A stretch of DNA of 64,000 nucleotides from Phycisphaerales bacterium (lineage in GTDB: Bacteria > Planctomycetota > Phycisphaerae > Phycisphaerales > UBA1924), in the NCBI GenBank assembly GCA_038260025.1, contig JBBSOF010000012.1:7603-71602 (forward strand), written 5' to 3'. The notes under the pieces are model-generated. The model made no database searches. It was not told the DNA's origin and worked only from the letters and a program-made list of their open reading frames with translations. Shown here piece after piece: positions 34,314-44,570 of this stretch. The position numbers and the translations under genes are program-made. Each line of letters starts with the position of its first letter. Within the stretch, counting starts at the first letter, position 1.

Positions 34314-35519
34314 TTACTCATGACGCAGAGCCTCGATGGGGTCCAAGCGGGCCGCCCGGTACGCGGGGTAAAACCCGAAGAAAATGCCCACCCCCGCCGA
34401 GAAGCCCAGCGCCAGCAGCACGCTGAAGGGCTCCACCTCGGCCTCGAACTGCGAGACCAGCGGCAGCACCTTGGCCCCCCCATACCCCAGCCCCACGCCC
34501 AGCACCCCGCCCAGGCCCGACATCAGCAGCGCCTCGAGCAGAAACTGGCGGAGGATGTCCTTGTTCTTCGCGCCGATCGCCTTCCTCACACCGATCTCCC
34601 TCGTCCGTTCGGTCACCGTTACCAGCATGATGTTCATGATGCCGATGCCGCCCACCAGCAGCGAGATGCCCGCGATGCCGCCCAGCAGCATCGTAAAGGT
34701 CTGGCTCACGCTGTTGGCCGCTTCGAGCATGTCCGCCTGGTTGCGGATGTCGATGTCGTTGGCCGCGCCCGCCTGCACGCGGTGGCGTGTGCGCATCAGC
34801 GCGAAGACATCGGCCTGCAGTTTGTCAAGGTCCGCGCCATCCTCGGCCTGAATGTCAATCTCACGCAGGTACTCCTGCCCCAGCACCTGCTTCATGGCGG
34901 TGGTGAAGGGCATGACGACCTGGTCGTCGGGGTTGAACCAGCCCTGGTCGCCCTTGGCCTTCATCACGCCCACCACACGGAAGTTCATGCCGTTGAGCTT
35001 GATGTTCTTGTCGAGCGGATCGAGCGTACCGAACAGGTTGGTCGCCGTCACCGGGCCGATCACCGCCACGCGCGACATCCGGTCCGTGTCCGCATCCGTG
35101 AAGCCCTCGCCCCGCTCCACCTTGAAGTCGCGCAGTGGGAAATAGGTATTGGTCGTGCCCAGCACGCTCACGCGGCTGTTCTTGTTGAGGTACTTGGCCT
35201 GCACGTTGCCGCTCACCACGGGGGCGATGCGCCGTACGCCGGCCACGCCCACCAGCGCCTGGGCGTCCTCCACCGTCAGGTTCTGCTGCGTGCCGGACAT
35301 CACGCCCATGCTGCCGCGCTGCGCCGGGCGCACGATGAGCAGGTTCGTGCCCATGGCCGAGAAACGCTCCTTCACCGAGCGTGCCGCCCCCGCACCCAGC
35401 GCGAGCATCGAGATCACCGCGCCCACGCCGATGATGATGCCCAGCATCGCCAGAACACTGCGCAGCTTGTTTGCCGCGAGGCTCTTGACGGCCACCTTCA
35501 GGATCATCCACAGCATCAT
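34314..35519 (-). CDS. MacB-type ABC transporter permease (FtsX-like)
   Basis: N-terminus ALKSL-like VAVKSLAANKLRSVLAMLGIIIGVGAVI, a large periplasmic domain, and a C-terminal FtsX 3-TM bundle (REIGVRKAIGAKNKDILRQFLLEALLMS). Confidence 0.9.
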   Translation of the reverse strand: MMLWMILKVAVKSLAANKLRSVLAMLGIIIGVGAVISMLALGAGAARSVKERFSAMGTNLLIVRPAQRGSMGVMSGTQQNLTVEDAQALVGVAGVRRIAPVVSGNVQAKYLNKNSRVSVLGTTNTYFPLRDFKVERGEGFTDADTDRMSRVAVIGPVTATNLFGTLDPLDKNIKLNGMNFRVVGVMKAKGDQGWFNPDDQVVMPFTTAMKQVLGQEYLREIDIQAEDGADLDKLQADVFALMRTRHRVQAGAANDIDIRNQADMLEAANSVSQTFTMLLGGIAGISLLVGGIGIMNIMLVTVTERTREIGVRKAIGAKNKDILRQFLLEALLMSGLGGVLGVGLGYGGAKVLPLVSQFEAEVEPFSVLLALGFSAGVGIFFGFYPAYRAARLDPIEALRHE

Positions 35520-36220
35520 GGCGCGGCTACCTCCGCCAGGGGGCTGCCCATCACCGCCTCAGGGGGCTGCGTGATCTGCCCGTCCTTGATGTAGATCTCG
35601 CGGCGGCAGTGCCGGGCCACGCTCAGGTCGTGCGTCACGATGATCACCGTGTGACCACGCTCATTGAGGGCGCGGAACAGACCCAGTATTTCCTCGCCCG
35701 TGCGGCTGTCCAGCGCGCCCGTTGGTTCATCCGCGAGCAGAATCGCGGGGTCGCTCACAATCGCCCGCGCAATCGCCACGCGCTGGCGCTGCCCGCCCGA
35801 GAGCTGGTTCGGCTCGTGGTCCATGCGGTCGCCCAAGCCTACGAGCTTGAGCGCATCCACCGCGCGATCCTTCGCATCGTGGCGCGCCGCGTAGTGCAGG
35901 GGAAGCTCGACATTCTCCAGCGCCGACATCCGCGGCAGCAGGTTAAACGTCTGGAACACAAACCCGATCCGCTTGTTGCGTATCTCCGCCAGTCGGTCCG
36001 CCGAGAGCTTCGACACGTCCTCACCCTCGATGGTGTATGTGCCCGAATCCGGCTGCTCGAGGCAGCCAAGCAGGTTCATAAGCGTGGACTTGCCGCTGCC
36101 GCTGGGCCCGCGGATGGCGATCATCTCGCCCGACTCGATGCGCAGGCTGACATGATCGAGCGCGCGCACGATGTTGTCGCCCAGCCGATATGTGCGGACC
36201 AGGTCCGTGCCCTCGATCAT
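35516..36220 (-). CDS. ABC transporter ATP-binding protein (MacB/LolD type)
   Basis: Walker [10 protein letters not shown], signature [14 protein letters not shown], Walker [13 protein letters not shown]. 4-nt overlaps with both neighbouring genes. Confidence 0.95.
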   Translation of the reverse strand: MIEGTDLVRTYRLGDNIVRALDHVSLRIESGEMIAIRGPSGSGKSTLMNLLGCLEQPDSGTYTIEGEDVSKLSADRLAEIRNKRIGFVFQTFNLLPRMSALENVELPLHYAARHDAKDRAVDALKLVGLGDRMDHEPNQLSGGQRQRVAIARAIVSDPAILLADEPTGALDSRTGEEILGLFRALNERGHTVIIVTHDLSVARHCRREIYIKDGQITQPPEAVMGSPLAEVAAP

Positions 36221-37689
36221 CGGCGTCCCCGCCCGGCCATGCCCGTAATGCCCATGCCGGGGAAGCCGCCACCCCGGGCGTTCCAGCGGCCCTGCGCCTC
36301 GCCAAGCTGGTACTGCACGTTCTGGCCCTCCGTCAGGCCGTCGGTGATCTCGTACTTATCACCATCGGTCAGGCCCACAGTCACGGGCACCTCTTTGGTG
36401 GTGCCGTCGGCGTTCACCACCGTTACGACCAGCGTGCCCCCGCCGCGGCGCTGGCGGCTCTCGCCGCCCTGACCTGTTGGCGCACCCGAAGGGGGGCTCC
36501 CTGGCGCGGCCGTCATTGCGGCGTTTGGTGCGCCCGCGGGTGGAGCGCCAGCCGGGGCCGCCGGCGCCTGCTGGCGCGAGACGGCTGCCGCGGGAACCGT
36601 CAGCACATTGTCCCTCTGTGCGGCGATGATCTGCACATTGCCGGTCATCTCCGGCTTGAGCATGCCCTTCTTGGGGTCCACAACCTCAATCTTGACTTCG
36701 AAGGTGACGACGTTGGATGTATTGACGCCCTTGGTGGCGATGCGGACGACCTTGCCGTGGAACTTGCGACCGGGGAAGGCATCCAGCGAGATATCGACCG
36801 GCTGTTCCAGGGAGACGCTACCGATATCGCTCTCATCGACCGCCGCGAGCAGAAAGACCCGGGACAGGTCGGAGATGACCATGATGGTGGTGCCGCCGCC
36901 GACGTTGGTGATGCCCGACGAGATGATCGCCCCCACCTGCGTCGTGAGCGATGAAACCACACCCTCGATGGGCGAGTTGACCGTGGTGTAGGACAGCTGC
37001 TGCTTGGCCAGGTCCAGCGCGATCTGCGCCGAGGTCACCTGCGCCTGCGCCAGCTTGATGTCCTCGCGGCGGACATCCAGCGCGAGCTCCTGCGTTTTCA
37101 CTTCTTCCTGCGCCACGCGGGCGTTCTGCAGCTCTGCCGCGGCAGACGCGGCATCGGTCTGCGAGGCGTCATAGTCCTCCTGCGAGCCCAGGTTCTCGGC
37201 CAGCAGCTGGCGGCGCCGCTCGGCCCGCGATAACGCATCGCGCGCCCGTGACTCGGACGCGGTGAGCAGCGACACGGCGCGGGAGCGCGCGGTGGCCACT
37301 GTCTGCTCGGCCACCACCAGATTCTGCCGCGACTGCGCCAGCTTCGCGAGCGCGATGGTGAGGTCCACCTCGCGGGTCGAGACCAGGCGTTGCTGCTCGG
37401 TGGTGTCCAGCTGCAGCACCAGGTCACCCTCGTGGACCACATCGCTGATGTCGAAGGGGAGTTTGACGACCTGCCCGCTGGCCCGGCACTTGATCTCTAC
37501 GTCCAGATTCGAGACCACCCGGCCGGTGCTTGCGACCGCCTGAAAGATCGAGCCGCGCTCCACCGCCACAGTGGCAACCGTGGGCACGGCAGCCTCGGAG
37601 GCCTGTTCCTTCTGATGCTTCCAATAGAGATAGCCGCCGACAGAACCCGCGGCCAGCACCAGCACAACCACAATCAGCTTCTTCATCAA
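36217..37689 (-). CDS. efflux periplasmic adaptor (MacA/HlyD membrane-fusion family)
   Basis: N-terminal TM, then lipoyl/coiled-coil/beta-barrel pattern (GQVVKLPFDISDVVHEGDLVLQLD ... SPIEGVVSS). Pro/Ala-rich insert near the C-terminus. Confidence 0.85.
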   Translation of the reverse strand: MMKKLIVVVLVLAAGSVGGYLYWKHQKEQASEAAVPTVATVAVERGSIFQAVASTGRVVSNLDVEIKCRASGQVVKLPFDISDVVHEGDLVLQLDTTEQQRLVSTREVDLTIALAKLAQSRQNLVVAEQTVATARSRAVSLLTASESRARDALSRAERRRQLLAENLGSQEDYDASQTDAASAAAELQNARVAQEEVKTQELALDVRREDIKLAQAQVTSAQIALDLAKQQLSYTTVNSPIEGVVSSLTTQVGAIISSGITNVGGGTTIMVISDLSRVFLLAAVDESDIGSVSLEQPVDISLDAFPGRKFHGKVVRIATKGVNTSNVVTFEVKIEVVDPKKGMLKPEMTGNVQIIAAQRDNVLTVPAAAVSRQQAPAAPAGAPPAGAPNAAMTAAPGSPPSGAPTGQGGESRQRRGGGTLVVTVVNADGTTKEVPVTVGLTDGDKYEITDGLTEGQNVQYQLGEAQGRWNARGGGFPGMGITGMAGRGRR

Positions 37690-37886
37690 GGGCCCTCAAA
37701 CCACCCGCTCGGACAACCCAACACCGCAGCCGCCCGAAGATTGCACAAACAGTAAAAATCTGCCCGGCCAGCCGGGCCCACAGTGTATGGGCGGTCATTC
37801 GCCCCATTGGCCCGCGTGAGCCGTGGCTCCAATGGTTACCACGGTCATCCGACGCGCGGCCCCCGCTGCCGATAGACTCTCGACCC

Positions 37887-38933
37887 ATGTGGATTCGCGC
37901 TGCCATCCTTTCCGTCGCGGTGCTCCTGCCGCTCGCCATTGCGCCCGGTGTCGCACACGCCCAGACCACCTACAAGCTGGGGGATCAAGACTGGAAAACG
38001 GCTCCCACGGACGAGGCAGACCCCGACCGTGCCGCGATGGGCCGCATCCGCCGGCTCATCGCCGGCGGAGACTTCCAGGCGGCTAAGGAGGCGGCCGACG
38101 CCTGGCTTGAAGAAAACGAAACATCCGACAGTCCCCTCCTGCCTGAGGCCTATGTCCTCCGCGGCACCGCCCTCATCGGGACCGACCGTGAGTTCAAGGC
38201 CCTGTTCGACTTTGAGCAGGTCGCCCGCGAATACCCCGAGTCCACGGCTTTCACCACCGCGCTGGAGCGCGAGCTTGATGTCGCGACCATGTATCTGCAC
38301 GGCCTGCGTCGCCGCTCCTTCGGGCTGCGCATCGAGTCGGGCGTTGATATCGCGGAAGAGATCATCATCCGTATCAACGAGCGACTCCCCGGCAGCCGTC
38401 TTGCCGAGAAGGCATTGCTCGAACTGGCTGATTTCTACTACCGCGACCGCGACCTCAAGATGGCCGCGACCGCCTATGACTGCTTCGTGATCCTGTTCCC
38501 CAAGAGCGAGATGCGTCAGAAGGCTGTCGAGCGGCGCATTTATGCCACCATCGCCCAGTTCAAGGGCCCGCGTTATGACGCGTCGGGCCTGATCGATGCG
38601 AAGTACCAGATCCAGTCGTTCCGCGAGCAGTACGCGCGAGAGGCACAGGCCGCGGGGCTGACCAACGCCCTCGAAGCGCGGCTTGATGAGTCTGCCGCGG
38701 AGCAAATGCTGACGGTCGCCCGCTGGTACCTCAAGCGGGGTAATCCCGCCTCCGCCCGCCTCACCCTTGCCCGACTGCTGCACCGGCACCCGGCCACCGC
38801 CGCCGCACGCGAGGGGCTCGCCATCATGCAGAAGTATGAATGGCTGAAGACTCCTGACTCCGCACCGGCGTCTCCGCCCGCTGCCCAGCCAAAGGCCGAG
38901 GCAGCAAGCACGCCGACGGAGGTCACCAAGTGA
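37887..38933 (+). CDS. BamD/YfiO-like TPR outer-membrane assembly protein
   Basis: Trimmed to MWIRAAILSVAVLLPLAIAPGVAHA (signal peptide with no lipobox Cys). TPR-like helices and a BamD-like C-terminal half (AEKALLELADFYYRDRDLKMAATAY..). Confidence 0.6.
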   Translation: MWIRAAILSVAVLLPLAIAPGVAHAQTTYKLGDQDWKTAPTDEADPDRAAMGRIRRLIAGGDFQAAKEAADAWLEENETSDSPLLPEAYVLRGTALIGTDREFKALFDFEQVAREYPESTAFTTALERELDVATMYLHGLRRRSFGLRIESGVDIAEEIIIRINERLPGSRLAEKALLELADFYYRDRDLKMAATAYDCFVILFPKSEMRQKAVERRIYATIAQFKGPRYDASGLIDAKYQIQSFREQYAREAQAAGLTNALEARLDESAAEQMLTVARWYLKRGNPASARLTLARLLHRHPATAAAREGLAIMQKYEWLKTPDSAPASPPAAQPKAEAASTPTEVTK

Positions 38934-39457
38934 GCTGTCGCCCATGGGCGTGGCTGGCGCTGCTCCCTGGCGCGCTGCTCGCAATGGCTGGCTGCGCGTC
39001 GGACCCTTCGTCGGGCTACTCCTTCGCTTCGACCTACCCCGCGAACGTGAAGACGATTGCCGTGCCGGTATTCGACAACCTCACGTTCTACCCCGGGCTT
39101 GAGGTGCAGTTGACCGAAGCCGTCATCAAGCAGTTGCAGGCATCCAGTGGTCTGCGCGTTGTGGGGGCCGAGAACGCCGATACGCGCCTGCACGTCGTCA
39201 TTACCGATGTCCGCATGCGCCGCCTCACGCTCCAGCGCACCACCGGCCTGGTGCAGGAGGAGGCGTTGCAGATGTCCATCGACTTCGACTGGCGTGATAA
39301 CCGCAGCGGCAAGACCATCATCAGCCGAACCAACTTCGCGGCGGCCGACACCTTTGTCCCCGCCCGCCCTTCCGGCGAGCGGATCGAGGTCGGCCAGCTG
39401 GGCGTCATCCAGCGTCTGGCCCACGATATCGTCGCCGAAATGCGCTCTTCCTGGTGA
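38930..39457 (+). CDS. LptE-like LPS-assembly lipoprotein
   Basis: Lipobox LLAMAGC, then GYSFASTYPANVKTIAVPVFDNLTFYPGLEVQLTEAVIKQL, the typical LptE opening. 4-nt overlap with the bamD-like gene. Confidence 0.6.
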   Translation: MSCRPWAWLALLPGALLAMAGCASDPSSGYSFASTYPANVKTIAVPVFDNLTFYPGLEVQLTEAVIKQLQASSGLRVVGAENADTRLHVVITDVRMRRLTLQRTTGLVQEEALQMSIDFDWRDNRSGKTIISRTNFAAADTFVPARPSGERIEVGQLGVIQRLAHDIVAEMRSSW

Positions 39458-39692
39458 CCTGCGCGCGTTCTGGGGCGTATAAGTGGCAGAACCCGTCGCC
39501 TAACCTTCCGCGGCGATCCCTAAGACAAGCCCGGGGTGCATCCATCGCCCGCGCCTGCCGAAACTATGCATAGGCCCCTGGCCGCCGGGGCCCCGCGTCC
39601 AGACAGTCTCTCCCCGACCCCGACACGAGTACAAACCTTTGTCCACCCGAAGCTTGAGCCTGAAGCACCCGTTCGCCAGCCTCCGCCTCTTG

Positions 39693-41708
39693 ATGGCCGA
39701 GGGTGCCCCGTCGCGGCGTAATCCCAAGTCCAACCCCCGGGGCACGCCCGAGGGCCCCAATGGGACAAAGCCGCCCGCACCTCCCCAGAACAGGGGCATG
39801 TTCGGCATCCTCTCGATCGCGCTCTTCTGCGGCCTCCTTTTCATGATGTTCAACTCGCCGGGGGGCGGGCAGAAGATCACCTTCGCCGAGTTCGCCAACA
39901 AGTGGAACGCCCATCAGCTCGACCCCGACAGCGTCATCATCGGCGAGGACCGCGTCGAGGCCCGCGTGTTGGCGGGCCCGGACTCGCTGACGGCCACGAC
40001 CGTGATCATCCCGCTGAACGGCCGCGCCGGCGCCGATGAGATCACCCGCAAGATCGCGGACCTGACGGAAAACAAGTTCAAGTACGCGCCGTCCTCGCAG
40101 GTGTTGCAACTGCTCATCCTGTTCGGGCCGGTCGCACTACTGATCGTGCTGCTGTGGTGGGGCCTCAGCCGCGGCCTGCGGAATGCCACCGGCGGCGCGG
40201 GCATGCTCGGCTCGTTCGGTAAGTCGCGCCACCGCACCATGAACAAGGAAATGACCGGCATCACCTTCGCCGATGTCGCGGGCATCGAAGAGGCCAAGGA
40301 CGAGGTTGCCGAGCTCATCGAGTTCCTCAAGAACCCCAAGAAGTTCACCAAGCTTGGCGGGCGCATCCCCCGCGGCGTGCTGCTCGTCGGCGAGCCCGGC
40401 TGCGGCAAGACCCTCCTCGCCAAGGCCATCGCCGGCGAGGCGGACGTCCCCTTCTTCAGCATCAGCGGCAGCGACTTCGTCGAGATGTTTGTGGGCGTGG
40501 GCGCCAGCCGCGTGCGAGACCTCTTCAAGCAGGCCAAGGACTCCGCCCCCTGCATCATCTTCCTGGATGAGATCGACGCCGTGGGCCGCAAGCGCGGCAG
40601 CGGTTTCTCCAGCGGTGGGCACGACGAGCGTGAGCAGACCCTCAACGCGATCCTCGTCGAGATGGACGGCTTTGCCCCCGCCGACGGTGTGATTGTCATC
40701 GCCGCCACCAACCGCGCGGATGTGCTGGACCCCGCCCTGGTGCGTCCCGGCCGCTTTGACCGCCAGGTGGTGGTGCCGCTGCCAGACCTTAAAGGCCGGC
40801 TGGAAATCCTCCGCGTACACGCCAGGAAGGTGAAGCTGTCACCCTTTGTGGACCTGGAGCGCATCGCCCGCGGCACGCCCATGTTCAGCGGCGCCGACCT
40901 TGCTGCCATCATCAACGAGGCCGCCATCTCCGCCACCATGGCCGAGAAGGAGAGCGTCGAGCAGGAGGACCTGGAAGAGGCGCGCGACAAGGTGAAGTGG
41001 GGGCGCTCCAAGAAGAGCCGCGTCCGCGAGAAGGACGAGAACAAGCTCGTGGCCTATCACGAGGCGGGCCACGCGGTGCTGCAGCGCATGCTGCCCAACG
41101 CCGACCCGCTGCACAAGGTGACCATCATCGCCCGCGGTGCCGCGGGCGGGGCGACCTTCAGCCTGCCCGAGAAGGACCGCTTTGGCTACAGCCTCAAGTT
41201 CATCGAGGCCTCCATGCGCGTCGCGTGCGGCGGGCGCATCGCCGAGGAAAAGGCAATGGGCGATGCCTCGTCGGGCGCCGTCTCTGATATCGAGAAGGTC
41301 ACGGTGATGGCCCGCACCATGGTGCTTGAGTGGGGCATGAGCCCCAAGCTGGGCTTCATGCGCTACGCCCCCATGGACACCCGCGAGTCATTCCTCCCCG
41401 AGAAAGACTATTCGGACGAGACGGCCCGCCTCATCGACATCGAGGTCCGCCGCATCATTGATGAGGCCTATGCCGATGCGCAGCGGATCCTCGAGTCCAA
41501 CTGGGACAAGGTCGTTGTCATCGCCGAGGCGCTGCTCAAGCACGAGACACTCAGTTCCGACGATGTTGACCGCCTCCTCAGCGGCCAGGTGCTGACGCGT
41601 CCCACAGTCTCAGAGATGCTCAACGCCGCGGCAAAGAAGCGCGGCCAGGAGCCCGTCATCAAGGAAGAGCCCGAGCTGCCGCCGGGTGCGCTGCCACGCC
41701 CTGCGTAA
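39693..41708 (+). CDS. ftsH: ATP-dependent zinc metalloprotease FtsH
   Basis: Walker [14 protein letters not shown], Walker [33 protein letters not shown], zinc site HEAGHA. Start chosen at MAEGAPS. Confidence 0.95.
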   Translation: MAEGAPSRRNPKSNPRGTPEGPNGTKPPAPPQNRGMFGILSIALFCGLLFMMFNSPGGGQKITFAEFANKWNAHQLDPDSVIIGEDRVEARVLAGPDSLTATTVIIPLNGRAGADEITRKIADLTENKFKYAPSSQVLQLLILFGPVALLIVLLWWGLSRGLRNATGGAGMLGSFGKSRHRTMNKEMTGITFADVAGIEEAKDEVAELIEFLKNPKKFTKLGGRIPRGVLLVGEPGCGKTLLAKAIAGEADVPFFSISGSDFVEMFVGVGASRVRDLFKQAKDSAPCIIFLDEIDAVGRKRGSGFSSGGHDEREQTLNAILVEMDGFAPADGVIVIAATNRADVLDPALVRPGRFDRQVVVPLPDLKGRLEILRVHARKVKLSPFVDLERIARGTPMFSGADLAAIINEAAISATMAEKESVEQEDLEEARDKVKWGRSKKSRVREKDENKLVAYHEAGHAVLQRMLPNADPLHKVTIIARGAAGGATFSLPEKDRFGYSLKFIEASMRVACGGRIAEEKAMGDASSGAVSDIEKVTVMARTMVLEWGMSPKLGFMRYAPMDTRESFLPEKDYSDETARLIDIEVRRIIDEAYADAQRILESNWDKVVVIAEALLKHETLSSDDVDRLLSGQVLTRPTVSEMLNAAAKKRGQEPVIKEEPELPPGALPRPA

Positions 41709-41733
41709 CTTTGTTGTCAATCGAAAACCGTGC

Positions 41734-41766
41734 CATCGACTTGTCCTCAAGTCGGTGTTTTTTTTT
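41734..41766 (+). terminator. rho-independent terminator after ftsH
   Basis: 9-bp stem CATCGACTT/AAGTCGGTG (one G-U pair), 6-nt loop, followed by a run of nine T. Confidence 0.75.
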
Positions 41767-41808
41767 CACGTCATCTCATCCCTACTCGGTGCTCCTGCGT
41801 GCAAGTGT

Positions 41809-42549
41809 TCAGGTTCCCACGCGCGAGAGCACATCCATCACCCCATCCACTTCGCTCAGTGGCGAGACGTAATCCGCAACTTTCTTCAGTTCCGCCACCG
41901 CATTCGCCGGACATGCAAAGAACCCCACGTTCTCACGGATGGCCATGTCGCCCATGGAGTCGCCGATGCCCACCAGCCGCTCCCTCTTCAGATCGCACAT
42001 CGCCATCAGCCGCCGCAGCCCGGTGCCCTTGTTGACATGCGCTAGGTCGCAGTTGATCCACGCCACCGTGTTCGACACCCGCAGCGGCCAGCCCTCGCGG
42101 GCAAACTTCTCGATCAGGGTTGGCTTCAGGCTCATCAGATAATCCGTGTCCGGGTGCCACAGAGACATCGACGCCGACTTGCCGGGCTGGTACACCACGC
42201 CCTTGGCCCCAAGCTCTTCAGCGGCCCATGCCTCTGCGCCGCGGACGGCACGCAGGTGCTCCACCGTGATCGCCGGGTCCATCAGGTAGCGGTTGTCGCG
42301 CGGGTCATACACCCACACACCGTTCTCGCACACGCACGGCATCGTGCTGTTCGCCAGCACCCGCACCATCGCCTCCGCATACGGCTGCGGCCGCCCGGAG
42401 CACACCGTCACTACAGGCCGGTCCTGCGTGGCGCACGCGGCACGGTTCCACGCGGCAATCTCCGCCAGCCGCCCGGCGTCCATCGGCGCTGCCGACTCGG
42501 GCCCCAGGCAGCCGTCAATGTCTGAAACCACCGCGTCATACCGGCGCAT
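41809..42549 (-). CDS. HAD-IIB (Cof-type) phosphatase-like hydrolase
   Basis: Motif I VVSDIDGCL, motif III-IV KGTGLRRL..VGIGDSMGDMAIREN. ATG 42549 has an AGGAG SD 6 nt upstream; the ORF track opens at GTG 42552. Confidence 0.75.
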   Translation of the reverse strand: MRRYDAVVSDIDGCLGPESAAPMDAGRLAEIAAWNRAACATQDRPVVTVCSGRPQPYAEAMVRVLANSTMPCVCENGVWVYDPRDNRYLMDPAITVEHLRAVRGAEAWAAEELGAKGVVYQPGKSASMSLWHPDTDYLMSLKPTLIEKFAREGWPLRVSNTVAWINCDLAHVNKGTGLRRLMAMCDLKRERLVGIGDSMGDMAIRENVGFFACPANAVAELKKVADYVSPLSEVDGVMDVLSRVGT

Positions 42550-42560
42550 CACTCACTCCT

Positions 42561-42596
42561 GTAGGCCGTATAGGTCTTATACGACCCATAGGACCC
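42561..42596. repeat. AT-rich TATAGGTC/TATACGAC element (degenerate copy)
   Basis: gtaggccgtataggtcttatacgacccataggaccc, with inner stem CGTATA/TATACG. Shares word content with the perfect palindrome at 49185-49222. Lies just upstream of the HAD gene SD. Confidence 0.45.
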
Positions 42597-42606
42597 ATTC
42601 TTTTCT

Positions 42607-43800
42607 TCACGCCATCCGCGCTGGCGGATCAAACGGCAACTGGCGCGCCAGCTTCAAATAGTTCTGGTACTGCCCGCGCACTTCCACCAGCGAGTCGCCC
42701 GCGAACTTCGCGCAGAATGCACGCGCTACCTCAAATGCCGCGACGTTCTCCACCACCACGCTTGCAGCGGGCACAGCGCAGATATCGCTACGCTCATACT
42801 GGCTGGTCTGTGCTTCCTTGGTGTTGAGGTCAACGCTCGCCATCCCTTGTAGCAGTGTCGAGATGGGCTTCATCGCAGCACGCACGATGATGGGCTCGCC
42901 GTTGCTCATGCCCCCTTCCGTGCCGCCCGCGTTGTTGCTCGCTCGTGTGAAACCGATCGCGGCTGAATTATCGCGCTGCGAAATGTCGTAGCCAATTGGG
43001 TCGTGTACGCCGCTCCCCTGCCGGCCCGCGGCATCTTTCCCCAGCCCGATCTCAACACTCTTGATCGCCTGCACGCCCATCACCGCGTAGGCAAGACGGG
43101 CATCAAGCTTGTCGCGCCAGTCCATGCAGCTTCCCAGCCCGGCGGGGCACCCGAAAATGTGCGACTCCACCAGCCCGCCCACGGTGTCCTTGGCCAGCTT
43201 CGCCCCGCGGATGACCGCCTTCTGTTTGTCGCTCACGCCCACATCAGGGCAATAGGTCTCGCTCGTATCGCGGAGGCCCGCCAGCCACCGCCACGACTGC
43301 GCTGTCACCGCGCCATCCCACGCAACCCCGCCGATCGCACGCACAAACCCGAAGGCCTCGATCTCAAACTCCCGCAGCAGGCACCGCGCCAGCGCCCCCG
43401 CCGCCACGCGGCAGGCCGTCTCCCGCGCGCTCGCCCGCTCCAGCGCATCGCGGCAGTCCGTCGTCAGCCACTTGATGCTCCCCGCCAGGTCCGCGTGCCC
43501 CGGGCGCGGCCGGAACACCGGCGGCGTCCGCTTCGCATCCTCAAGGCGTGAATCTTTGTTGGGGATCATGAACGTCACGGGCGACCCGGTCGTGCGCTCG
43601 CCGCGCACCCCGCTCAGCACCGTCACCGCATCATCTTCAATCCCCATCCGTCCGCCGCGCCCATAGCCGCCCTGGCGGCGCTTCAGTTCGCCGTTGATGA
43701 ACGCCAGATCGACATGCACGCCCGCAGGCATCCCCTGCACGATCACCACCATGGCGGGGCCGTGGGATTCTCCGCTGGTGTGGTAATCAAGCGCGGGCAT
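42607..43800 (-). CDS. aroC: chorismate synthase
   Basis: HTSGESHGPAMVVIVQGMPAG, RRQGGYGRGGRM, RPGHADL, RSSARETA-like RASARETACRV, GGMSNGEPI. Confidence 0.95.
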   Translation of the reverse strand: MPALDYHTSGESHGPAMVVIVQGMPAGVHVDLAFINGELKRRQGGYGRGGRMGIEDDAVTVLSGVRGERTTGSPVTFMIPNKDSRLEDAKRTPPVFRPRPGHADLAGSIKWLTTDCRDALERASARETACRVAAGALARCLLREFEIEAFGFVRAIGGVAWDGAVTAQSWRWLAGLRDTSETYCPDVGVSDKQKAVIRGAKLAKDTVGGLVESHIFGCPAGLGSCMDWRDKLDARLAYAVMGVQAIKSVEIGLGKDAAGRQGSGVHDPIGYDISQRDNSAAIGFTRASNNAGGTEGGMSNGEPIIVRAAMKPISTLLQGMASVDLNTKEAQTSQYERSDICAVPAASVVVENVAAFEVARAFCAKFAGDSLVEVRGQYQNYLKLARQLPFDPPARMA

Positions 43801-43818
43801 GGCCGGCCATCGTACGGC

Positions 43819-44157
43819 TCACGAATCGATCGAGCCCTCATCCAGCACCACCCGCGTGTTGGGGCGGAAGGCGTCGAGGGTCTCCAGCAGCGGCACCACC
43901 AGGGGCCGCAGGTCTTCCATCGTGTTCGTCGCCGCGCGCAGCGTGATGGTGGACACGCCCACGTTGGGCCCATCATCCTCCGCCCGGCCCCAGGTGCCAA
44001 ACGTCACCAGCACATCAAACCCCACCGAGGCCGCATGCTCCAGCAGCCGGTCGTCCTTGGGCATGTGCCAGTTGAGGCTTGCCAAGGGCGACACCTGATG
44101 GTGCGCGAGGAAATACCGCAGGTCGTGCGGCAGGTTCTCGTCCAGCAGCACCTTCAT
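43819..44157 (-). CDS. DUF5615-like (PIN-like) putative toxin, pair 1
   Basis: MKVLLDENLPHDL opening is typical of DUF5615. 4-nt overlap with the upstream DUF433 gene. Confidence 0.7.
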   Translation of the reverse strand: MKVLLDENLPHDLRYFLAHHQVSPLASLNWHMPKDDRLLEHAASVGFDVLVTFGTWGRAEDDGPNVGVSTITLRAATNTMEDLRPLVVPLLETLDAFRPNTRVVLDEGSIDS

Positions 44158-44375
44158 GCCGATGCCTTCGCGTCATCGCCCGTGCTCACGTGCTCCTTCG
44201 CCGCGTCGAGCACCGCTTCCGCCTGCTCGCGCTTCACGGTTGGGAACTGGGCGAGGAAATAATCGAGCGTGTAGCCCCGCTTGAAGTGGTCAAACAGCGT
44301 GACCACCGGAACCCGCGTGCCGCCAAAGCACGGCGCGCCGTGCATGACTTCTGGGTCAGACTTGATGGGGATCAT
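44154..44375 (-). CDS. DUF433 domain putative antitoxin, pair 1
   Basis: Trimmed to MIPIKSDPEVMHGAPCFGGTRVPVVTLFDHFKRGYTLDYFLAQFPTVKREQAEAVL, the DUF433 signature. Confidence 0.8.
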   Translation of the reverse strand: MIPIKSDPEVMHGAPCFGGTRVPVVTLFDHFKRGYTLDYFLAQFPTVKREQAEAVLDAAKEHVSTGDDAKASA

Positions 44376-44435
44376 GCCGCAATCGTACCCGAAGCCGCAA
44401 GCCCCCCGAATGAGCCGGGTTTCATAGTGGTCCCC

Positions 44436-44458
44436 GTGGCACCGGGCTTCCGCCCGGT
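44436..44458. repeat. GTGGCACCGGSCTTCCGSCCGGT hairpin element (copy 1)
   Basis: gtggcaccgggcttccgcccggt. 7-bp stem ACCGGGC/GCCCGGT, loop ttcc. Related to the two copies at 49905-50003. Confidence 0.5.
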
Positions 44459-44570
44459 TCTTTGTCGCGCCTCGCGACGAACTCCTGCATCCCTGCTCAC
44501 ACCTTCTACCTTCGTCGCGAAGCGAGACGAAACACCTGGCAGAAGCCAAGTGCCACCGACCGGTGCCACA

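Noticed and set aside
34140-35594. 484-aa plus-strand ORF, with similar long shadow ORFs at 32678..33925, 44079..45551, 55328..56926 and 61479..62954
   Set aside because: Each lies opposite a gene with strong family motifs and has the Arg/His/Pro/Gly-rich composition of GC-rich antisense frames.
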